A stretch of DNA of 64,000 nt from an uncultured Bacillales bacterium (GTDB lineage Bacteria; Bacillota_I; Bacilli_A; RF39; UBA660): the NCBI GenBank assembly GCA_947564265.1, contig CANOBK010000006.1:40648-104647 (forward strand), read 5' to 3'. Numbering within the stretch: the stretch's first letter is position 1; the number at the start of each line of letters is the position of its first letter. Of the stretch, positions 18,009 to 27,038 are shown in pieces. The translations under genes and the position numbers were made by a program. Under the pieces are notes generated by a model. It had not been told where the DNA came from and ran no database searches. It saw only the letters and a program-made list of their open reading frames with translations.

Positions 18009-18971
18009 CTATTTTCTATCTTCTTTGATCATAAATGTACTATTGTTTAGAAATTCATAATGAGAATCTGTTTTCAATTGCCTAACTAATCGAAATAATG
18101 CTTCATCTTTTCCTTTGCATTCTAACATGACATCAACTTCTCTTTGATAAGGTGCAATCACTTGAAGAAACTTTTCAAATCCTTGGTAAGAAAGATATGT
18201 ACTATGGCTTCTTTTTTCTTTTCTACTCTTTGGACTAGAAAAATGAATTTTAGGAGGAAGATTTTCGTTCTTCCATGTCTTAAAAATTCGAGGAAGTAGT
18301 TTTTCTATTTTTTCGCCTCCATGATTACATAAATAATGATGATAGTCTAAGACCATTGGAATCTGTAATTCTTCACATAATTCTAAAACATCTTTCACTG
18401 TATATATTTTGTCATCATTTTCTAGAAGAATCATATTTTTTATTTCTTTTGATAATTGATTAAAGACTGTTCGAAAACGGTTTAAGGCTTCCTCTTTATT
18501 TGGCATAGAGCTTCCAACATGTAAGATTACTTTTCCAGAAACTCCAAGTGCTTCATAAATCTGATAACAGACAAAAAGTTCATTGATTGTTTGTTCTACT
18601 ACAGATGGATTGATACTATTTAACACGCAGAATTGGTTCGGATGAATATCTACTCTAAGATGATTTTTCTTAATAATAGAACCGATTCTTTTCCATTTAT
18701 TTTGATAGGGAGTAATAAAATCATAAGAATAGCCTGGATAAGTAGCTAGTGGTATCATATTATGACTCAGCCGATAGAAGAAAATTTCATTTTGAATATT
18801 ATACTTTAGAATTCTTTCTAAAAATTCTAGATTGTGATTGATGATCTCTGAAAGTTTTTCTTTCTGTTTTTCTTTTTCTAATGTTTGTAGTCTTGTCCAA
18901 GTGATTGTGTGATAATGATCCATTTCATCTAAAGTTAGAGAAATTGCTACATAACCAAGTCTTATTTTCAT
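18009..18971 (-). CDS. uvsE: UV DNA damage repair endonuclease
   Basis: IRLGYV, FYRLSHNMIP, IHPNQF, VILHVG, LENDD, LDYHH, IHFSSP, HSTY, MLECKGKDEAL. Confidence 0.93.
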   Translation of the reverse strand: MKIRLGYVAISLTLDEMDHYHTITWTRLQTLEKEKQKEKLSEIINHNLEFLERILKYNIQNEIFFYRLSHNMIPLATYPGYSYDFITPYQNKWKRIGSIIKKNHLRVDIHPNQFCVLNSINPSVVEQTINELFVCYQIYEALGVSGKVILHVGSSMPNKEEALNRFRTVFNQLSKEIKNMILLENDDKIYTVKDVLELCEELQIPMVLDYHHYLCNHGGEKIEKLLPRIFKTWKNENLPPKIHFSSPKSRKEKRSHSTYLSYQGFEKFLQVIAPYQREVDVMLECKGKDEALFRLVRQLKTDSHYEFLNNSTFMIKEDRK

Positions 18972-19073
18972 TTATCTCACCCTTCTTAGTATGAAGAAAA
19001 AAGAACTTTCTATGATGAAATATTTTATTGTATTCCAAAAGGAAGTGTTTTATAATAGAAAACTAGTTAGGAA

Positions 19074-19871
19074 GTGCTCAAGATGGAGAATGAACTTTTA
19101 TATGAAGAATTATTATATTTTGAAAAATTAGTAACCGATTTAGAAATTGAATTATTTGCGAAACCTTATGGCCAAGATTTTTTTCCTATCCTTGAATGGA
19201 ATCTACGGAATATTTTTAAACTTAGAAGAAGTATGAAAGATAAGGAGGAAAACGAATTTTATTTCAATTGGTTAAATGATTTATATAAAAGATTTATATC
19301 AATTCGTGATATAGCTTATGCCAACTGTAATATTCCTCTAGGTTACTACTTAAATGAGCAGGCGTCTATTACCCATTTGGTATATACAAATAATAAGTGT
19401 TCTAATATAAAACTATACTCTGATTCTGGTTTTATATTTCTATGCCAATTTCATCAGGAGAAGACTCCATCTTTAGGAGTTAGAGAAAATTTTGGTCATG
19501 GATACTGTTTTGGTTGTGGGAGCAGTTTTCACGCAGTTCAATATCTCATGGAATTTGAAAATCTAACTTATCAAGAAGCAATACAATTACTTTCAAAAAT
19601 CTATTTAATTGATATTTATGGAAATCCCGTACAAGAAAATGATCCTTTGGTTCTAAAATATAGAAAATCCCTATTAAGTGGTGATTTTAAATCTTTACTA
19701 GAACGAGGTTATTCACGTACTATAAAAAGAAAAGATACATACGAGGTGCAGAATAGTATACAAAAGTTTGAACATGACTTCGCTACCATAGAAAGAATTA
19801 AACGACATGGTCATATTCCATTTGATAATAGAAGAAAAAAATATTTTTTAAGGATGCCAGAATTTAACTAG
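19074..19871 (+). CDS. CHC2 zinc-finger domain protein (primase-type Zn-binding domain, no TOPRIM)
   Basis: FLCQFHQEKTPSL..YCFGCG..AVQYLMEFENLTYQEAIQLL in mid-protein. ATG at 19083 is an alternative start. Confidence 0.75.
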   Translation: MLKMENELLYEELLYFEKLVTDLEIELFAKPYGQDFFPILEWNLRNIFKLRRSMKDKEENEFYFNWLNDLYKRFISIRDIAYANCNIPLGYYLNEQASITHLVYTNNKCSNIKLYSDSGFIFLCQFHQEKTPSLGVRENFGHGYCFGCGSSFHAVQYLMEFENLTYQEAIQLLSKIYLIDIYGNPVQENDPLVLKYRKSLLSGDFKSLLERGYSRTIKRKDTYEVQNSIQKFEHDFATIERIKRHGHIPFDNRRKKYFLRMPEFN

Positions 19872-19921
19872 CAGAAGGGAGAATAAACAAATCATTCTTC
19901 CTTCATTCTTAATTTTAAGAA

Positions 19922-19950
19922 TTGACAATTATATAAATATAGTCTAAAAT
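19922..19950 (+). promoter_or_regulatory. Sigma-A promoter of tRNA-Cys
   Basis: TTGACA (19922-19927), 17 bp, TAAAAT (19945-19950). Confidence 0.75.
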
Positions 19951-19989
19951 GGAAATGTACTTGAAAAAAAGACATATAATAAATTAGAT

Positions 19990-20063
19990 GGGTCTATAGC
20001 CAAGTGGTAAGGCGTGGGACTGCAACTCCCTGATCGTTGGTTCAAATCCGACTAGGCCCTCCA
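19990..20063 (+). tRNA. trnC: tRNA-Cys (GCA)
   Basis: Acceptor stem GGGTCTA/TAGGCCC, D arm gccaagtggtaaggc, anticodon loop CTGCAAC, T arm gttggTTCAAATccgac, U discriminator and encoded CCA; 74 nt. Confidence 0.97.
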
Positions 20064-20072
20064 GATTGATAG

Positions 20073-20103
20073 AAAACTCGAACTTTTTAATAGTCCGAGT
20101 TTT
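20073..20103 (+). terminator. Terminator after tRNA-Cys
   Basis: Imperfect inverted repeat aaaactcgaact / agtccgagtttt ending in a T run. Confidence 0.6.
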
Positions 20104-20203
20104 ATAATTCAAAAATTTGTGTTAAAATAACTATTAATTCTAAATTGAATTATATCAATTTAGTAAACTTACTTGAATATTATCATAAACAATATTCGTA
20201 ATT

Positions 20204-20977
20204 GTGAAAGTAGATGATAGTATGGCAATAGATTCTCATATGCATATTAATAATATTGTTTTAGAAAATGAGCAAGAATATATTAAAGATATAAATGAAA
20301 ATCATAGTATTGAAAACGTAATAAATGTTGGTCTTAATATTGAGACATCAGAAGAATCTATTTTAATATCAAGAGAAAATTCTAAGTTCTATTCTAGTAT
20401 TGGGATACACCCCCTATACATAGAATCGCAAGATATAGATAATTTATATAAATTAGCAGATGATGATAACGTGGTGGCTATTGGAGAAATTGGCTTAGAT
20501 AATTCAAAAAATAATTTTGACGAGCAAAAAAAATACTTAATTAAACAAATTATAATTGCTAACGAACTTCATTTACCAGTAATTATTCACTCTAATAATT
20601 CAAATAAATTGATAATAGAAATATTTGAAAAATATGTTAAGCCAAAATATGGATGTGTTTTTCATTGTTTTCCACCTGATATTGAAAGTTTAAGATATTT
20701 AGTAAAAAATGGCTACTATATTTCCTTTGCTGGAAGAATAACTTATAAAAATGCAAGAAAATCTTTTGAGATAGCAAATACAGTTCCAAGTGATCTATTT
20801 TTAGTAGAAACTGATAGTCCCTATATTTCTCCTGAACCACATCGAGATGAGGTAAATAAATCATCTAATATAGGATATATAATTAGTAAAATAGCTGAAG
20901 TTAAAAAAATGAGTTATGAAGATATTGAACAAATAACAACTGAAAATGCAAAAAGACTATTTAAAAAGATAAAGTAA
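20204..20977 (+). CDS. tatD: TatD-family metal-dependent hydrolase/DNase
   Basis: IDSHMH, SIGIHP, AIGEIGLD, VIIHS, VFHCF, LVETDSPY. Probable start ATG at 20222. Confidence 0.9.
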   Translation: MKVDDSMAIDSHMHINNIVLENEQEYIKDINENHSIENVINVGLNIETSEESILISRENSKFYSSIGIHPLYIESQDIDNLYKLADDDNVVAIGEIGLDNSKNNFDEQKKYLIKQIIIANELHLPVIIHSNNSNKLIIEIFEKYVKPKYGCVFHCFPPDIESLRYLVKNGYYISFAGRITYKNARKSFEIANTVPSDLFLVETDSPYISPEPHRDEVNKSSNIGYIISKIAEVKKMSYEDIEQITTENAKRLFKKIK

Positions 20978-21022
20978 AAAGTTATTGAACCTACTCCTTT
21001 AGGGCTCTATAGTGAAAATATT

Positions 21023-21047
21023 CGAACCTTTTATGGTTCGTTTTTTT
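21023..21047 (+). terminator. Terminator after the TatD gene
   Basis: cgaacc-ttttat-ggttcg followed by T7. Confidence 0.7.
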
Positions 21048-21092
21048 CTTTGTAAACAGCAATTTCATTTTTTAAATTATATCGAATAAAAA

Positions 21093-21620
21093 GTGACTGA
21101 AGTCGATGAAGATAAATTTATGAATCTTGCAACTGAGATTTATCATGTTTCTCATACAGAAGATTATCCGAACCATAAAGAATGGTATTTTAAAAAGCAA
21201 TTACCTGGAATCTTTGAGAATAAACGGAATATCTTATTTGTTCGGAACTCCGAAAACGAGATTATTGCTGTTGCATGTTTAAGAAATGACGAAGAAGAAC
21301 AAAAAATATGTGTCCTATGTGTAAGAAAACCCTACCGAGGATTGGGAATTGGAACTAGGATACTGGAAGAATCCATCAAATGGTTAGGAACAACAAAACC
21401 ACTTGCTACCTTTCCTGATTATAAATTAGAAATGTATCGATCTTTAATTGAAACTTATGACTGGGAATTAACAGAAATTGTTCCTAATCTCTATCAGGAA
21501 GGAAAACAGGAACTTTGTTTTAACGGAACTCTTACCAAAAATCAAAAAGTTCCATTAAATAAGCAATTGTATAAACAAATGATTTCTCTATTAGAAACTA
21601 GAAAAGATCAAATTTCCTAG
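21093..21620 (+). CDS. GNAT-family acetyltransferase
   Basis: Acetyl-CoA-binding motif A LCVRKPYRGLGIGTRIL; N-terminal DYPNHKEWY. Confidence 0.75.
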   Translation: MTEVDEDKFMNLATEIYHVSHTEDYPNHKEWYFKKQLPGIFENKRNILFVRNSENEIIAVACLRNDEEEQKICVLCVRKPYRGLGIGTRILEESIKWLGTTKPLATFPDYKLEMYRSLIETYDWELTEIVPNLYQEGKQELCFNGTLTKNQKVPLNKQLYKQMISLLETRKDQIS

Positions 21621-21644
21621 AATGAAAATCAACAGTAATTTTAA

Positions 21645-21800
21645 AAGGTAAAAACATGCTGTGGGGAGAAAAAATTAAATTGTTGTGGAGAATGTGAAAC
21701 GTTTCCTTGTGATTTATTAAAGTCATTTGCTTATGATAAAGAACAAGGAGATAATGGTTTACGGATTGAAAATTGTAAAGAATGGTGTTTCAAAGATTAA
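21645..21800 (+). pseudogene. 5'-truncated DUF3795-like Cys-rich protein remnant
   Basis: Open frame KVKTCCGEKKLNCCGECETFPCDLLKSFAYDKEQGDNGLRIENCKEWCFKD* preceded by an in-frame TAA (21642-21644), with no start codon or SD. Confidence 0.6.
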
Positions 21801-21851
21801 TTTATCTATTATGAGATATTAAAAAAATTACGAGCAAACAGTTCGTAATTT

Positions 21852-23561
21852 TTATTTTGTCTTAGTATATCTTTTAATATCAGAATTCACTAGTTCACAA
21901 TGAGTAATGGAATGTTCCATCTTTTCACGATCAAATGGCACTGTAACAATTTCTGTTTCTAATCCCTGATTTGTTTCTTTCAGAATCATATAGGAAGCTT
22001 GATTTTCTTCTCCTGAACGATATCCCATTCCAGCAGCTCTTAGAGTATGAATAGATGTTTTACCATCAAACTCGTTAGAACCAAAATGTGTGTGTCCTTG
22101 AATTAACATATCATAATCTTTGATGGTCTGTAGTTTTCCATCTTGATAGAATAATGGATCTTTACAATAAGAAAGATATCCAGCTTGTCCACGATTAAAA
22201 GAATCTGGATGAGAATCGATATGTTCTCTTATTCTTCTTAGTATTTCATCTTTTGTTGCCTTCATTGGTAGAGTTGAAACATCCATATTAAGTTGAAAGG
22301 CAATTTCTAGAAGTTGTCTATCACTATTTGTATAATAAAATTGTTCATAAGCAGGCATTTTATAATCAATATATCTTTGATAATCAAAACAATTATGAAG
22401 CATAAAATCACAACGTACATCATTTGCAAAATGGCAAAGAGCAATTTTTTGATTTGCTAATTGTAAATTTATAAAATGTGGTGCTATGGTTAGTTTTTCT
22501 AATTGGTCTTTTCTAAGTTGTTTTTCTGTCCATTCCATTTGATTTATTTTGCTTTGTGTCAAATAAACTAAAAATGGTTCTACACCAAAATCAAGAGTAG
22601 ATTCATAATTACCTTGTAAAGTAACTACCCCGTATTCGTCTAACAAATTAACTACTTCTCTGGGATTCGGTCCTAATCCAATATTATCTCCTAAAGAATA
22701 AATCTCAGTTATTCCTCTCTTCTTCATGTCCTTTAAGATAGCCTCTGTCGGTTCTAATAAAGCGTGAACATCTGTAAAGATGGCAATTTGTCTTTTGGGA
22801 TTTTCTTCCTCTGCCTCTACCTTTACAGAAACAGGTTTCTCTTTTAACTTCATATCCTCGATGGTTCCTTGTACAATTGATAATATTGGATCTAAGTAAC
22901 TGGCCGAATTATTAGAGTAGATTCCTATTTCTATCCGTCCCATATCAGGATGATTAATATCCTCTTTTTCTCCTAAGTCTTCTGGTGTAATATTTAAACC
23001 GATTTCTTTCGTTAAGAGATTAAAAATTTGTTTAAATTTGTCATAGCGAAATGACTGAATAATTTCTTCTTTACTAATATAATCTGGAATCATGTATTCT
23101 TCTTCCATTAAATCAAGAAACAATGTATCTTCTGGTTCACTAAATGTATAGACGTCTAATACTGGAATTTTTAAGACGTAGATACGTTCATAATTAGAAA
23201 AAGAAGCGGCTACATAAATATCTGTAGTAGCAGAAATAAAAGGTGTATTTCCATTCATTCTTTGTGCATTTGCAACTAAATTAGGATCTAATCTAAGACT
23301 CTCTATCGTATTCTTTTTCGCGTATGCTTTTGAATAAAACCCTGCGTCTTGACCTACCTTAGCACCTCTTAATAAATACATATAGCCATCTTTAATAAAC
23401 TTTGGATTTAACTCTTTTACATTGATACCATAAGGTGCATATTGTTCCAAATTTCTACTTCTTGATGGATAATCTTTCAAAATTGCATCTGAATTTCCTG
23501 TAAAAGTATAATTTGGATTAAATAATTTTTCTTTTGGTGTGATTGCCACTTGTTTTTTCAT
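21852..23561 (-). CDS. Fusion of an N-terminal R-S-E ADP-ribosyltransferase-like domain and a C-terminal calcineurin-like metallophosphoesterase
   Basis: N-terminal YLLRG (R65), PFISATTD (S110), EEEY (E153/E155). C-terminal FTDVH (D264/H266), LGDNIG, QGNYE, CHF, QGHTH. Confidence 0.7.
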   Translation of the reverse strand: MKKQVAITPKEKLFNPNYTFTGNSDAILKDYPSRSRNLEQYAPYGINVKELNPKFIKDGYMYLLRGAKVGQDAGFYSKAYAKKNTIESLRLDPNLVANAQRMNGNTPFISATTDIYVAASFSNYERIYVLKIPVLDVYTFSEPEDTLFLDLMEEEYMIPDYISKEEIIQSFRYDKFKQIFNLLTKEIGLNITPEDLGEKEDINHPDMGRIEIGIYSNNSASYLDPILSIVQGTIEDMKLKEKPVSVKVEAEEENPKRQIAIFTDVHALLEPTEAILKDMKKRGITEIYSLGDNIGLGPNPREVVNLLDEYGVVTLQGNYESTLDFGVEPFLVYLTQSKINQMEWTEKQLRKDQLEKLTIAPHFINLQLANQKIALCHFANDVRCDFMLHNCFDYQRYIDYKMPAYEQFYYTNSDRQLLEIAFQLNMDVSTLPMKATKDEILRRIREHIDSHPDSFNRGQAGYLSYCKDPLFYQDGKLQTIKDYDMLIQGHTHFGSNEFDGKTSIHTLRAAGMGYRSGEENQASYMILKETNQGLETEIVTVPFDREKMEHSITHCELVNSDIKRYTKTK

Positions 23562-23586
23562 TGTATCTACCTACCTATCTTATTAT

Positions 23587-24195
23587 CTAAATACATTTTT
23601 GAATTGCTTCTTCAATTTCTCTTTGTTCTACTTCAGGTGTTTGCATAGCCATCGTTTCTACTATTTGATTTAAAATCATCGTAATTTCTAGACTTTCCTT
23701 TGATGGTGTTACTTCTTCTTTTAAAGGATTGGTACTTGTCATAGAAAGATTAGAAAAATCAAATTCCTCGATTCCATTCTTTTTTAAATCCCCTAGTTTT
23801 TTTAATATTTCTCCTTCTTTTTGTTGTTTTTTTATTTCTGATACTTCTTCTAAAAAAGAAGAAAAGTCTTCTGGGTCTTGTTCAAAATCCTCAAAAAGGT
23901 CATATAAGAAATAAACTAAATCTGCTCCAATATTTTTTTCAAAAGCTTCTGTCAATAAGATAGAATATTTTTGAATTAATCTTTGATATGGATTAGATTC
24001 TTTTCTTTGAAACCATCTTTTTCTCTCTTTTTTCTTAGAAAATAATTCTTTTCTTGCATATCCTAGTAAGTCTTGTACTAAAAATTGATCTTCTTTTGCT
24101 TGTTTCAAACAGTCAGAAACAAAAGAATCCACTTGTTCTAATCCGTCCTCATTTAACATTAACAGTCCTTTCACTGTTCCAATTCTTTTTTGCAT
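23587..24195 (-). CDS. Hypothetical protein
   Basis: 202-aa ORF with SD and an upstream TTGCAA..TATAAT promoter-like sequence; no recognisable motif. Confidence 0.6.
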   Translation of the reverse strand: MQKRIGTVKGLLMLNEDGLEQVDSFVSDCLKQAKEDQFLVQDLLGYARKELFSKKKERKRWFQRKESNPYQRLIQKYSILLTEAFEKNIGADLVYFLYDLFEDFEQDPEDFSSFLEEVSEIKKQQKEGEILKKLGDLKKNGIEEFDFSNLSMTSTNPLKEEVTPSKESLEITMILNQIVETMAMQTPEVEQREIEEAIQKCI

Positions 24196-24286
24196 TTCAT
24201 TTTCCCCTCTTTAAATGGCTCATATTATACAATAAATTTAATAAAATTGCAAGATTTTTGCACAAAAAAAGAAGGTTTCTCCTTCT

Positions 24287-24679
24287 TTATCTAACTTGCC
24301 TTCTATCCTGTAGCGTATTTGTATTTTCTAATAGACCATCAAAAAATTGTTTCTTTGCTCGTATCACTTGATAACTAACTTCTTGGCACCATCTTAACGC
24401 TTCTTCTAAATGCTCTATTCCTATTGCATCTGCAAAATGATTCATTGCGATTTCAGAGGGTGTTTTCGGATGCTTTGCAATTACAGAAATATCCTCAATA
24501 TTCCATGCATTCTCTTCAAAAAAATTATACATTACTCTCTTAGTTGCTTCTTCTACTGTGATAGGTTCTAAAACTCCACCTACTTTTCCATGGGTCATGT
24601 TTCCTTCTACATCAATTTTTAAATAATCTGAAAGATGTGGTAAAATATACCCACCTTCGTATTCCATCATACCAATCAC
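24287..24679 (-). CDS. Hypothetical protein
   Basis: 130-aa ORF with AGGTGA SD; no recognisable motif. Confidence 0.55.
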   Translation of the reverse strand: MIGMMEYEGGYILPHLSDYLKIDVEGNMTHGKVGGVLEPITVEEATKRVMYNFFEENAWNIEDISVIAKHPKTPSEIAMNHFADAIGIEHLEEALRWCQEVSYQVIRAKKQFFDGLLENTNTLQDRRQVR

Positions 24680-24740
24680 CTCTTGTCCAATATTTTTCTA
24701 CCAATTTTATTCTATCAAAAATGTTTAGAAAAAGAAAGTG

Positions 24741-25199
24741 TTAATTTCTGGGTTCTTCATACGCAATTAATTGTTCAGGTAACAAATAGATGTTTGGATT
24801 ATAGACGATTAAGTTTTTATCACTTGTTCCAATTTCTTCTGCTACTGTTCGAATGGTATCTCCATCTTTCGTAATATAAACCTTGACTCCTGGTTTTGGT
24901 ACAATCAATCGTTGACCTGGATAAATATACTCATTAATTTCTAATCCATTCACTTCTGCTAATTGTGTTGGTGTTATATTTCCTAAGTTTCTTGAAATTT
25001 CATATAAATTATCTCCCTTTTTTACAATATAAGCAGTAAATCCAAGTGGCATATCAACTGGAATAATCAATTCCGTTCCTGGTTGAAGAATATAAATATC
25101 TTCTAATTTATTTTGAGTAATTAAGTCAATCACTCGAACATGAAAAGCTTCAGCAATTGATAACAGGGTATCTCCCTCTTTAACAATGTATTTTTCCAT
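24741..25199 (-). CDS. LysM-repeat peptidoglycan-binding protein (three LysM units)
   Basis: YIVKEGDTLLSIA..LQPGTELIIP; YIVKKGDNLYEIS..IYPGQRLIVP; YITKDGDTIRTVA. Confidence 0.88.
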   Translation of the reverse strand: MEKYIVKEGDTLLSIAEAFHVRVIDLITQNKLEDIYILQPGTELIIPVDMPLGFTAYIVKKGDNLYEISRNLGNITPTQLAEVNGLEINEYIYPGQRLIVPKPGVKVYITKDGDTIRTVAEEIGTSDKNLIVYNPNIYLLPEQLIAYEEPRN

Positions 25200-25237
25200 A
25201 AATTCCTCCCACTATAATTTATGAAAAGAAAAAGAAT

Positions 25238-26503
25238 CTATGACTTAGACTCTTTATAAACTTGAATTCGGTTCATTGTATTATATAAAAATTCATTATT
25301 TTTTACAATTCTTTTATTTCCCGCTTCTTCGTTGTAATAATATAGGGTATCTCCACTAATATAATATAAAGTATCCCGATTTAAAATGACATTATTTGGG
25401 CTATCTGCATGGAATAAGAACATTGCCTTTTCTGGAAAGGCTTTTAATACCCGATAAAAGTCTCCTGATTGTGTATAGTAATAGTAAACACCATCTGCTG
25501 CAAGTACTTCTACGATATCTTCTCTTTGAAAGTCGATTCCTCCCGCATCATTAACTGTAAATTTTTTCTCTGTATTAATCAAGTCATAAATGTTTACCGT
25601 TTCCCATTCTCCATTATAGTATTGTGCATTTAATTCTTGATTTCCAACGATACGTACTGTTCTTTTCTCTGGATTAAATTCATATTGTACTACATTATCC
25701 TTATCTAAATAATAGACTTTTCCATCGACAACTCCATTGATATACGTATTTTGTGAAACCGTTTGAGGGAATTGTACAGTCCAGAAGTCAGAAGATGTTA
25801 CATCGACCACTGTTATCTGAGAAAAATCAAATACTCGATTCGATTGATAAGCAGGTACTAAATAATTTTTTCCAACCAATACTCCATGTTTATTCTCATA
25901 TTTATCCCAATTTAGTAAAGAAACATTTTTTTGTTCTTTCGAAGAAATAATCTCAATTCCTTGATAATACCAAACAACAATTTTGTCTTCATCCAGTATA
26001 TTTTTTGGGAATGCTGTCGACTGTGTAACAAATACTCCTTCTTCTGATTCTACTTCCCATCCACTAGATGCTAAGGATTCCTTTTTTAAACTTTCTACAA
26101 ACTCTTGTACTGTAGGATCATTTCTCATTGTTTGATAACTATATAGTGTTCCTTGTCTACTACATTCTATATTATGAGAAGAATCTTCTTTTTCTAGGAT
26201 TGGATAAATGCATACTAAATCATCTTTTTGAATCATTTTAATATCGACAAGAATTTTTTTCTTTTTTTGAAAAAGATTCGGGAATGTATAATAAAATTTC
26301 TCATTTCCAAGGGAAATTTCTACGTGATACAAGTCCCCATATTCTTTCCAGTAGTTTTCCTTTACTTGAAACGTAGTCTCTCCCACTACAAAATCATATT
26401 CGATTTCATGACGTTCTTTTAAGTATGTAACTAGCCATTGGTCACAAAAAAACAGAATCATTAATAATAGACTTATGGAAATGATTCTTCGTATCAATCT
26501 CAT
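25238..26503 (-). CDS. Hypothetical membrane-anchored secreted protein (beta-rich)
   Basis: N-terminal TM/signal segment followed by a Tyr-rich extracellular region. Confidence 0.6.
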   Translation of the reverse strand: MRLIRRIISISLLLMILFFCDQWLVTYLKERHEIEYDFVVGETTFQVKENYWKEYGDLYHVEISLGNEKFYYTFPNLFQKKKKILVDIKMIQKDDLVCIYPILEKEDSSHNIECSRQGTLYSYQTMRNDPTVQEFVESLKKESLASSGWEVESEEGVFVTQSTAFPKNILDEDKIVVWYYQGIEIISSKEQKNVSLLNWDKYENKHGVLVGKNYLVPAYQSNRVFDFSQITVVDVTSSDFWTVQFPQTVSQNTYINGVVDGKVYYLDKDNVVQYEFNPEKRTVRIVGNQELNAQYYNGEWETVNIYDLINTEKKFTVNDAGGIDFQREDIVEVLAADGVYYYYTQSGDFYRVLKAFPEKAMFLFHADSPNNVILNRDTLYYISGDTLYYYNEEAGNKRIVKNNEFLYNTMNRIQVYKESKS

Positions 26504-26591
26504 CGCTTCACATCCTATTCTATTATTATTGTACCCATATTTTGGTAAGAAGTAAATATTTTTCTTTGAAACAAAAAGAAAAAAGAATATA

Positions 26592-27026
26592 TTACATATC
26601 CTTTTTCGAATGACTTTTCTTATTTCTCATACAGATTCCAACCATCTCTTCGATTTCCGGTAGTGCTCGTTTATCTAGATTGGATAAGGTAATAAATTCC
26701 TTGGCAGTATCAATATGAATCTTTCCCCAAATCACACCAGATAATACTTTTAAATCATTGAATAAATCTGGTGTAATCGAATCAAAAAAGTATCCAAAGA
26801 CAACCCTTTTTCTTCCAATAATAATTCTTTCATTGGTAAGAGCGATTACTGCTGTTGATATGATATCCAGAGGATTGTTATTTTTCTGTGCGGAAAACAC
26901 GTACAAAACTTTTTCATTATTTCCAAGATATTTTTCAACAATACGTGAATTCTTGTTTAGTCTCCATGATACAGTCATCGGATATTTTTTCTTAAATTCT
27001 TTTGCACGCTCATAAATACTTGCCAT
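26592..27026 (-). CDS. Bacterial PH-domain protein (YokE/bPH_3-like)
   Basis: YLGNNEKVLYVF..AVIALTNERIIIGRK..GKIHIDT. Confidence 0.65.
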   Translation of the reverse strand: MASIYERAKEFKKKYPMTVSWRLNKNSRIVEKYLGNNEKVLYVFSAQKNNNPLDIISTAVIALTNERIIIGRKRVVFGYFFDSITPDLFNDLKVLSGVIWGKIHIDTAKEFITLSNLDKRALPEIEEMVGICMRNKKSHSKKDM

Positions 27027-27038
27027 AGAGATTTCCTC

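Noticed and set aside
21001-21014. agggctctatagtg resembles the tRNA-Cys 5' end (gggtctatagc), suggesting an att duplication
   Set aside because: The match is short and gapped, att duplications normally involve the tRNA 3' half, and there is no integrase.
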